Positions 18,757 through 26,223 of a DNA stretch of 49,627 nucleotides are shown here, piece after piece (within the stretch, counting starts at the first letter, position 1; the number at the start of each line of letters is the position of its first letter). The notes beneath the pieces were generated by a model. The model was not told where the DNA came from. It ran no database searches and saw only the letters and a program-made list of their open reading frames with translations. Location: positions 1 through 49,627 of the forward strand of contig JBGQGY010000011.1 in assembly GCA_041497675.1 (NCBI GenBank), read 5' to 3'. The position numbers and the translations under genes are program-made. Source of the stretch: a bacterium. Its GTDB lineage: Bacteria > Sysuimicrobiota > Sysuimicrobiia > Sysuimicrobiales > Humicultoraceae.

Positions 18757-19217
18757 GCACGACGCCAAAGGTCGTCGGGCTCGTGTGTGATTGGGCGGTG
18801 GTCACCGCCGAGATCGCGGACGCCGCGGGTCGGCTGCGCGCCCACCCGTCGGTGACGATTATCCGCGTGCCGTGCTCGGGGTTCATCCGTCCTGCCTGGT
18901 TGGAGGACACGTTGAAGGCCGGCGCCGACGGCGTCTTCGTGGTCGGCTGCCCGTACGGCGACTGCCTCAACCGCGAGGGCAACTACCTGATGCGCGAGCG
19001 CATGGATCAACTGCAGCGGCGGCTCGCACGGCGCAAGATCCCGGCCGAACGGCTGGGGATGCTGGCCTACGGCCTGCACGACGTCGAGGCCTTCCTGGCC
19101 GAAGTGGCCGCATTTCTCAAGCGGCTTGAGGCCCTCGGCCCGCCCGCACCTCCCGGCCGCCCGGCCCGGCCTGCCCAGGCCGCGTCGCAACCCGTCCAGA
19201 CGGAGGAGGGGGCATGA
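18753..19217 (+). CDS. MvhD/FlpD-family [2Fe-2S] protein (hydrogenase iron-sulfur subunit-like)
   Basis: VGLVCDW, IIRVPCSG, GADGVFVVGCPYGDC.NREGN, IPAERL; ATGA overlap. Confidence 0.88.
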   Translation: MSTTPKVVGLVCDWAVVTAEIADAAGRLRAHPSVTIIRVPCSGFIRPAWLEDTLKAGADGVFVVGCPYGDCLNREGNYLMRERMDQLQRRLARRKIPAERLGMLAYGLHDVEAFLAEVAAFLKRLEALGPPAPPGRPARPAQAASQPVQTEEGA

Positions 19218-19318
19218 AGCGACCGCTGAGGGTCTGGCTGGCATATCTGTTTTTCTACATCCTCTTCTTCTTGATCCTCACCTTCGTGGCATCGTTCGGC
19301 CTCATTGCGGAAGCCTGA
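19214..19318 (+). CDS. 34-aa single-TM microprotein (not in ORF track)
   Basis: MKRPLRVWLAYLFFYILFFLILTFVASFGLIAEA; GGAGGAGG RBS at 19202-19209; ATGA overlap with the MvhD-like gene. Confidence 0.75.
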   Translation: MKRPLRVWLAYLFFYILFFLILTFVASFGLIAEA

Positions 19319-19334
19319 CCAGGTCGACAACTCA

Positions 19335-20312
19335 ATGCCTGCCGACCTCGAGCAGATCTACAGGCCTGTCGCGTCCGACCTGAGCGCACTGGACGCGCTG
19401 CTCCGGCGCGAGCTCGCCACCGCCGATCCGTTTATTGGCGAACTGGTCGGACACGTCCTCACGACGCGCGGGAAGCTCATCAGGCCGGCCCTGGCGCTCT
19501 TGTCGGCTCAGGCCTGCGGCGGGGCGGATGAGCAGCGGATGTGGCTGGCCGGCACGGTCGAACTCATCCATATCGCGTCGCTGATCCACGACGATGTGAT
19601 CGACGCGTCCGACCTGCGCCGGGGGATCTCGACCGTCAACGTGCTGTGGGGCAATCAAGTGGCGGTGTTGCTTGGGGACTATCTCTTCGCGACGGCCTTC
19701 GACTTGGTCAGCCGGATCCGCCACCCGGAGGTGGCGCCGACGATTGCACAGGCGGCGGTGCGCATGAGCCACGCCGAGATCACGGCTGTCAAGACCGGCG
19801 GTGAGCCTCACGAAGACGAAGACACCTATTTCTCGATCATCGACGGCAAGACGTCGGCGCTCTTTTCCGCGGCGTGCCGCGCCGGTGCGCTGATTGCCGG
19901 CGCACCGCGCGAGGCCGTCGACGCCATGGCCGAGTTCGGCCGCCAGTGGGGGATGTCGTTCCAGATCACCGATGACACGCTCGATCTCACCGGCGACCCA
20001 CAGGCGTTGGGCAAACCGATTGGGAGCGACATCGACAGCGGCAAGATTACGCTGCCCGTGATCGCCGTGCTGCGTCAGGCCGGAGACGACGACCGCCAGC
20101 GGCTGCGGGCGCTCTTGCGCGGCGCCGACCGCGAGGGCAACCTGGCTGAACTGCGGGCACTGCTTCACCGGTATGGGGGGGTACGGTACGCCCTCGACGC
20201 GGCGCGGGCGTTCGCTGATCGCGCGACCGCCGCGTTGGAGGCAATCCCGGCCTCGCAGGCGAAGGAAAGCCTGCGCGACCTGGCGGCGTTCGTGCTGGTG
20301 CGGGCCCGGTAG
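19335..20312 (+). CDS. Polyprenyl (hepta/octaprenyl-type) diphosphate synthase
   Basis: GKLIRP, HDDVID..LRRG, LLGDYL, DGKT, FQITDDTLD, GKITLP. Confidence 0.93.
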   Translation: MPADLEQIYRPVASDLSALDALLRRELATADPFIGELVGHVLTTRGKLIRPALALLSAQACGGADEQRMWLAGTVELIHIASLIHDDVIDASDLRRGISTVNVLWGNQVAVLLGDYLFATAFDLVSRIRHPEVAPTIAQAAVRMSHAEITAVKTGGEPHEDEDTYFSIIDGKTSALFSAACRAGALIAGAPREAVDAMAEFGRQWGMSFQITDDTLDLTGDPQALGKPIGSDIDSGKITLPVIAVLRQAGDDDRQRLRALLRGADREGNLAELRALLHRYGGVRYALDAARAFADRATAALEAIPASQAKESLRDLAAFVLVRAR

Positions 20313-20340
20313 TGGTCGACGCGCGGTAGGGGGGACATCC

Positions 20341-21417
20341 ATGACCTTCGCGAGTTCGAGTGAACCGCGGACGCCCCAGCAGCGGTGGTTTGCTGATGGG
20401 CTGCGGCGCGTGTTGCTGGAGCACGGGCTCGAGGAGACGGCTGCCGATCGGGCTCCCCGCGTCGTGCTCCACTACGTCGATCGCGAGGCGCCCCGCCCGT
20501 TTCGCCGGAAGGCCCAGGCGATTTTTGTCGTGGCGATTGCCGAAGGCCCGCTGCCCGACGGCGAGCTGCTGCCCGCGTTGTATCCGGTGCTCGTGCGCGC
20601 GCTGGCGAATATGGAAGTCTTTTTGGTGCCCAAGGGCGACCGCGCCGACGCCTACGTCGTGACGTTGGAGCAGGGGTACTACAAGATCGACGACGCTGAC
20701 GACCAAACGTTTTTCACGCGGCTCTTCGAACGCCTCGAACCGCTGGCGGCGGCGCAGTTGGTGATCAACAATGAGTTCCAGACCGATCTCGAGCCCGACT
20801 TGTGGGACGGCGACGATCTGACGCGACAACTTGCCGACGCCGGCCGGAGGCTCGATGAGCTCCGCCTGCTGCCCGCCGCGTTTCCCATCGATCAAATCCT
20901 CTCGCCGCGCGATCTGGCGCACGTGAAGCGCCTGTTTGGCATCGGCGGTCTGTCCTACGGCAACCTGAGCATCCGCAAAGACAGCCGCCGTTACTGGATG
21001 AGCGCCAGCGGTGTGAACAAGGGCAACATGAAGATCATCGGACGCGACATGCTGATGGTCAAAGGATACGATGCCGCGCGCAACGTCATTCTGCTCAGCG
21101 TGCCGCCGGTTGTCGAGCCGCGGCGTGTCTCGGTCGACGCCATCGAGCATTGGATGATCTACACGGAACACCCCGGCGTCGGCGCCATCGTGCACGTCCA
21201 CGCCTGGATGGAGGGGATTCCCTCGACGCAGGTGCAATATCCCTGCGGCACGTTGCAGCTGGCCCAGGCCGTCTCCGAGCTCGTCCGCAACGCGCCCACT
21301 CCCACCCGCGCGGTCATCGGGTTGCGCAACCACGGGCTCACGATCACGGGCCCGAGTATGGCCGACATCCTTGAACGCATCGAGGGCCGCATTCTTCCAC
21401 GCGTACCGATGTCCTAA
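20341..21417 (+). CDS. Class II aldolase/adducin family protein with extended N-terminal region
   Basis: YGNLS, WMSASG, SVDAIEH, AIVHVH, LRNHG. Confidence 0.82.
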   Translation: MTFASSSEPRTPQQRWFADGLRRVLLEHGLEETAADRAPRVVLHYVDREAPRPFRRKAQAIFVVAIAEGPLPDGELLPALYPVLVRALANMEVFLVPKGDRADAYVVTLEQGYYKIDDADDQTFFTRLFERLEPLAAAQLVINNEFQTDLEPDLWDGDDLTRQLADAGRRLDELRLLPAAFPIDQILSPRDLAHVKRLFGIGGLSYGNLSIRKDSRRYWMSASGVNKGNMKIIGRDMLMVKGYDAARNVILLSVPPVVEPRRVSVDAIEHWMIYTEHPGVGAIVHVHAWMEGIPSTQVQYPCGTLQLAQAVSELVRNAPTPTRAVIGLRNHGLTITGPSMADILERIEGRILPRVPMS

Positions 21418-21427
21418 GGCTGGCGCG

Positions 21428-22792
21428 ATCACCTACCAGGACGCGCTCGCCTATCTCTTTGGCCTGCTGGAGGGCCGACCGCCCGGGCAGCCGTACGCTC
21501 CCGTGAAGCTGGAGCGCATGCGGCGTCTGGTGGCGCTCCTTGGCCATCCCGATCGCGCGTTTCCATCCGTCCTGGTGGCCGGCACGAAAGGCAAGGGTTC
21601 GACGGCGGTCATGCTCGCCGGGATCACGGAGGCCGCGGGGCTCCGCGTCGGGCTCTACAGCAAGCCGCACCTCGTCGATTTCCGTGAGCGGATGCGGATC
21701 AACGGCACGCTGATCACTCCCGATGAGCTGATCCCGCTGGTCGCCGAGCTTCGTCAGGCCGTGGAACACGGGCAGGACGAGCCCGGCTGGCCGCCCACGT
21801 TTTTTGAGGCGTCGGCCGCCCTGGCATTCCTGCACTTCGCACGCGGCCACGTCGACCTGGCGGTGGTGGAGGCGGGCATCGGAGGTCGTCTCGACGCCTG
21901 CAACGTGGTCGACCCGCTCGTCTCGATCATCACGACGATCGGCTACGATCACATGGAGATCGTCGGCGCGCGCCTATCGCAGATCGCCGCCGAGGACACG
22001 GGCGTCATGCGGCCGCAGCGCGTCGTGGTGACCGTACCCCAGCGGCCTGTGGCGGCGAGGGTCATCCGCGATGCCGCGGCGCGGTTGGGAGCGCAGGTGG
22101 TGCAGGTCGGCCGGCACGTGCGCTATCGAACGCTGGCGTCGACGCCGGCCGGTCTGCGGATCACGGTGCGTGGCCGGCAGCGCGTGTACACGGACGTACC
22201 GGTGCCGCTGATCGGGCGGCACCAGGCGCTCAACGCCACGGCGGCGATCGCCGCGGCCGAAGCCCTGGCGGAGGCGTGGCCAACGTCCTCGACCCCGTTC
22301 GCGCTCACCGACGACGCCGTGCGCCGCGCGTTGTCGACGCTGCGCTGGCCCGCGCGCATTGAGGTCGTGCACGAGCGCCCGACGGTGATCGTCGACGTCG
22401 CGCACAACCCGGTGTCGTTCCGGGCGCTGCGGGCGGCCCTCGACGACGTGTTTTCAGGCCGCCGCCTGATCTTGGTGCTTGGCGTGATCGGCACCAAGGA
22501 CATCGCGGGTATTGCCCGGGTGATTGCCCCGCGTGCGGCGGCCGTGATCGCCACGCGCCCCCACGACCCGCGCGCCCTCGCGCCCGAGCAGGTGGCGGAC
22601 TCCGTGCGGCGGTGGGTGCACGACGTACGCATCGTCGATGATCCGGTGGCCGCCATCGACGAAGCGCTGGGCATGGCCCGGCCCGATGACGTGGTGTGCG
22701 CCGCCGGATCGTTCCATGTCACCGGTCCCGTTCGCGCCCACCTGATGCCGCAGGACGATCCCGTGCTCGACCGGAGGACCCATGTACCCTGA
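21428..22792 (+). CDS. folC: Folylpolyglutamate synthase/dihydrofolate synthase (probable non-canonical ATC start)
   Basis: VAGTKGKGST, PHLVDFRER, TFFE, EAGIGGRLD, HQALN, DVAHNP, AGSF. Confidence 0.93.
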   Translation: MTYQDALAYLFGLLEGRPPGQPYAPVKLERMRRLVALLGHPDRAFPSVLVAGTKGKGSTAVMLAGITEAAGLRVGLYSKPHLVDFRERMRINGTLITPDELIPLVAELRQAVEHGQDEPGWPPTFFEASAALAFLHFARGHVDLAVVEAGIGGRLDACNVVDPLVSIITTIGYDHMEIVGARLSQIAAEDTGVMRPQRVVVTVPQRPVAARVIRDAAARLGAQVVQVGRHVRYRTLASTPAGLRITVRGRQRVYTDVPVPLIGRHQALNATAAIAAAEALAEAWPTSSTPFALTDDAVRRALSTLRWPARIEVVHERPTVIVDVAHNPVSFRALRAALDDVFSGRRLILVLGVIGTKDIAGIARVIAPRAAAVIATRPHDPRALAPEQVADSVRRWVHDVRIVDDPVAAIDEALGMARPDDVVCAAGSFHVTGPVRAHLMPQDDPVLDRRTHVP

Positions 22793-23408
22793 ACTCACCA
22801 TCGAGGCGTTTCTTGACAAGCTGGCATCGTCGGCGCCCGAGCCCGGCGGTGGCGCCGCGGCGGCGTTAGTCGGCGCCGCGGGCGCCGCGCTGGTGAGCAT
22901 GGTCGCAAACCTCACCGTCGGCCGCGAGAAGTTTGCCTCCGCGCAGGCCGAGATGGAACGCGCGCGCGCGCAGGCCGATGCGCTTCGCGCCGCGCTGCTC
23001 GCGGCCATCGACCGCGACGCCGAAGCCTTTCGCGGGGTCATGGCGGCGTACAAGATGCCGCGCGAGACCGACGAGCACAAGACCGCGCGCCGCCGGGCCA
23101 CGCAGGACGCGTTGCGCGCCGCGTCGAGGATCCCCGCCGAGGTGATCGCCCTCTGCGAGGATGTGGCCACGTGGAGCCGGGTCGCGGCGGAGCAAGGGAA
23201 TCCCCAGGTCATCAGCGACGCCGCGGTGGCGGCGCTGCTCGCCGATGCGGCGGCCCAGAGCGCTGCGTTGAACGTCAGGATCAACCTGGCCGGCATCAGC
23301 GACTCTGCATTCACGGGCCCATTGTGGGCGGACGTGCAGACCCGGCTGGATCGCATCCGGACGCAGCGCGACGGCGTGGTCCGGATGACATACGAGCGCA
23401 TCGGGTGA
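22782..23408 (+). CDS. fchA: Cyclodeaminase/cyclohydrolase family (FTCD_C; methenyl-THF cyclohydrolase FchA-like)
   Basis: FLDKLASSAPEPGGG, DRDAEAF, GNPQVISD, SAALNVRINL; directly upstream of folD. Confidence 0.85.
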   Translation: MYPELTIEAFLDKLASSAPEPGGGAAAALVGAAGAALVSMVANLTVGREKFASAQAEMERARAQADALRAALLAAIDRDAEAFRGVMAAYKMPRETDEHKTARRRATQDALRAASRIPAEVIALCEDVATWSRVAAEQGNPQVISDAAVAALLADAAAQSAALNVRINLAGISDSAFTGPLWADVQTRLDRIRTQRDGVVRMTYERIG

Positions 23409-24349
23409 GCGCAGTGGGAGAAGTCATCGACGGCGCAGCCGTCGCGGAGCAGTTGAAGGTCGAGCTCGCGGCCGACGCCGGGACGCTGACCGCGCGCGGC
23501 ATCCGGCCGGGGATTGCGACCGTGCTGGCCGGCGACGACTATGGCGCGCGCATGTACCGCCGGTCGATCGAACGTATCGCGGCCGAGCTTGGGCTGGCCT
23601 ATCGCGATCTCTCGCTGCCGGCCGACGTCGGGGCGTCCGCGGTGGCCGACGCCGTCCGGGCGCTCTCGGCCGATCATCAGATCCACGGCATCCTGCCGCT
23701 CCGGCCGTTTCCCTCGGGCGTCCCCGAAGGCGCGGTGCTCGAGGCGCTCGATCCCGCGAAGGACATCGACTGTCTCCACCCGGCCAACGCCGGCTTGCTG
23801 GCGCTTGGCCGGCCTGGCGTCTATCCCGCGACGGCGTGGGCCTGTTTCGAGCTGCTCGAGCGCTACTTCGCCGGCCGCGGGGTCGATCCTCAACGCGCCT
23901 TCGAGGGGAAAGACCTCGTGATCGTGGGCCGCAGCAACAACGTCGGCAAACCGGCATACTTCCTTGCGTTGGAGCGCAACGCCACGCCGACGACCGTGCA
24001 CTCATTTACGTCTCGTGCGGGAACGCTTGACGGCCATACGCGTCGCGCGGACATTTTGATCGTCGCGATGGGGAAGCCCGAGTTTGTCCGTGCGTCGATG
24101 GTCAAGCCCGGTGCGATCGTCGTGGACGTCGGCGTCAACTCGGTGCCGCTGCTCGACGGCTCGGGTCACCCTGTCGTCGATGAGCGCGGGCGGCCGAGGC
24201 GCCGGACCGTCGGCGACGTGGCGTTCGATGAGGTCCGGCAGGTCGCCGCCGCCATCACGCCGGTGCCGGGCGGGGTGGGCGCGGTGACCAACCTCCTGCT
24301 GATGAAAAACGTCATACGGGCGGCGGTGGCATCTGCCGGTCGCGGATGA
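23405..24349 (+). CDS. folD: Methylenetetrahydrofolate dehydrogenase FolD (likely monofunctional)
   Basis: KDIDC, PATA, GRSNNVGKP, VDVG, GDV, TPVPGGVG; GTGA overlap. Confidence 0.92.
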   Translation: MSAVGEVIDGAAVAEQLKVELAADAGTLTARGIRPGIATVLAGDDYGARMYRRSIERIAAELGLAYRDLSLPADVGASAVADAVRALSADHQIHGILPLRPFPSGVPEGAVLEALDPAKDIDCLHPANAGLLALGRPGVYPATAWACFELLERYFAGRGVDPQRAFEGKDLVIVGRSNNVGKPAYFLALERNATPTTVHSFTSRAGTLDGHTRRADILIVAMGKPEFVRASMVKPGAIVVDVGVNSVPLLDGSGHPVVDERGRPRRRTVGDVAFDEVRQVAAAITPVPGGVGAVTNLLLMKNVIRAAVASAGRG

Positions 24350-24367
24350 GGGTGGAGGAGGGGGCCC

Positions 24368-25372
24368 GTGACCAACACCAGACTCAGGCGTGACGGCATC
24401 GCGCTGCTGTTGACTGTGACACTGACCGTCGTGGCGCCGATCACGGGGCGAACGGCCGCCGCGCAGGCCGATCTCAAGATCGTCGAGCACGTCATTCCGA
24501 CGCCCGGGTCGATGCCGCACTCCATCGCGGCAGCCCCGGATGGCCGGATCTACTTCTCCGAACTCGCGGCGAACAAGATCGGCGTCTTCGATCCCCGCAC
24601 CGGGCAGTTCGCCGAAACGGTTGTCCCGACGCCCCGGTCCCAGCCGCACGGCGTGACGGTGGAGCCGCGCACCGGCATGGTCTACGTGACGCAGCTGGTC
24701 GGGGGCAAGCTCGTGCAGTATCGGGCGCCGTCGGAGGTTCGAGAGTTTGACATCCCCACCGCCAACTCAGCGCCGCACACGGCGTGGCCCGACCGTGAGG
24801 GTAATATCTACTTCACCGAGGCGCGCACCGGGAAGATCGGGCGGCTGAACCCACAGAGCGGCCAAATGACCGAGTGGCAGTTGCCGGCGCGCGCGGGCGT
24901 GCCCTACGGCATCGAGCTCGACCGGCAGGGGATCGCCTGGGTGGCGCAACTCAACGCGAGCCGTATCGCCCGTCTCGATCCGGTCACCGGCCACGTCCAG
25001 GAGTTTACGCCCCGCACGCCCAACTCGGGCACACGCCGGCTGTCCGTGGATTCGCGTGGACGGATCTGGATCACCTACAACCGCGCCCACAAGATCGGCA
25101 TGTTCGACCCCTCAGGCAACACGTTCACCGACATGGACACCGTGTCACCAGGGTCTGAGCCCTACGCGATCGTCGTCGATCGAGAAGACTACGTGTGGTA
25201 CAGCGAGTTCACGACCGATCAGATCGTGCGCTACGATCCGCGCACCAACCAGTCGATCGTTTTCAAGACGCCGGCAACCAAGGCGCAGGTACGCTTTCTG
25301 ACCGTCGCCCCCGATGGCAGCATCTGGTACGCGAACTTTGGCAACAGCCGCATTGGGCGGATCGGCCGCTAG
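24368..25372 (+). CDS. Exported virginiamycin B lyase-like (Vgb) beta-propeller protein
   Basis: Signal peptide (AAAQA); about seven repeats of P..I...DG.IW/YF.E...KIG.FDP.TG; GGAGGAGG RBS. Confidence 0.82.
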   Translation: MTNTRLRRDGIALLLTVTLTVVAPITGRTAAAQADLKIVEHVIPTPGSMPHSIAAAPDGRIYFSELAANKIGVFDPRTGQFAETVVPTPRSQPHGVTVEPRTGMVYVTQLVGGKLVQYRAPSEVREFDIPTANSAPHTAWPDREGNIYFTEARTGKIGRLNPQSGQMTEWQLPARAGVPYGIELDRQGIAWVAQLNASRIARLDPVTGHVQEFTPRTPNSGTRRLSVDSRGRIWITYNRAHKIGMFDPSGNTFTDMDTVSPGSEPYAIVVDREDYVWYSEFTTDQIVRYDPRTNQSIVFKTPATKAQVRFLTVAPDGSIWYANFGNSRIGRIGR

Positions 25373-26152
25373 TCTTTCCAGGCGAGGACCGCACGCAGGA
25401 TCACGTCGTCAACAAATGTTCCCGTGGGATTGATGTCGAACAAGGCGCGCCGCATCTCCGCTTCGACCCGCGGCCAGCGGGTCCCCAGTGCGGCCCGCGA
25501 CGCCGACGACGTCGACGCCGCAAAGCCGACAATGCGCTCAACGTCCGTCGGTCGCTGATACGGAAGGGCGAAGATCTCCACGCGTGCGAACGGGGAGCGC
25601 GCGATGACGACGTCGTCCGGTTCGCCTCTGAAGGAGCGATCGCCGGTCGTCGTCCAGCCACGGCGCGACGGCCGCGTGGATCGCCCTCCGCCACGCATTC
25701 GATGGCACGTCTGGGTGTTCTTCGTCCACCACCGCGATCCCGCCACCGGGCTCCACGAGTGGCGCCAGTGCCGCGAGGGTGGTCGCGGGGTCAACGAGGT
25801 GCAGGACCTGTCCCAGGGTGATCAGCCGGAAACGGCCAAGGTGCGGACCGAGATCGGACACGCCGCCCTCGATCCATGTCGTGTTGGAGACTCCCAACCG
25901 GCTCGCCTCGGCTGCAGCCTCGGCGAGCATTTCTGGTTCGGGATCCATCCCGACGACCTGCGCGAATGCGCCCGCCAGCGGCAGTGTCAACCGGCCCGTC
26001 CCGCACCCGAGATCGAGCAGGCGGCCGGAGCCATCCAGCCCAAACCGCGCCCGCAGGTGCGCGAACAACGGCGCAGGGTACGCCGGTCTGAACCGCGCGA
26101 AGTCCGCCGCGATCCCCCTGTAGAGTCCGCGCCGCTCACCCTGCGTGGCCAC
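25369..26152 (-). pseudogene. Class I SAM-dependent methyltransferase with apparent frameshift near 25620-25650
   Basis: N-part has FARFRPAYP, LLDLGCGTG, VVGMDPEPEM; family-like C-terminus (ARSPFARVE...ASTSSAS...LAWKD) continues in another frame to stop at 25369. Confidence 0.7.
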
Positions 26153-26158
26153 ACGACC

Positions 26159-26164
26159 ATTGTA
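26159..26164 (-). promoter_or_regulatory. -10 element TACAAT 6 nt upstream of the methyltransferase GTG (leaderless-type)
   Basis: ATTGTA on + = TACAAT on -; no SD between it and GTG 26152. Confidence 0.45.
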
Positions 26165-26223
26165 CCGAGCCCGCGACGAGCCAAGGGAGTCTTCTGCGAA
26201 CGTCGAACCGTTGGCAGCACGCC

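Noticed and set aside
18753..19217. MvhD-like gene as evidence of a hydrogenase
   Set aside because: No NiFe large or small subunit or maturation genes in the window
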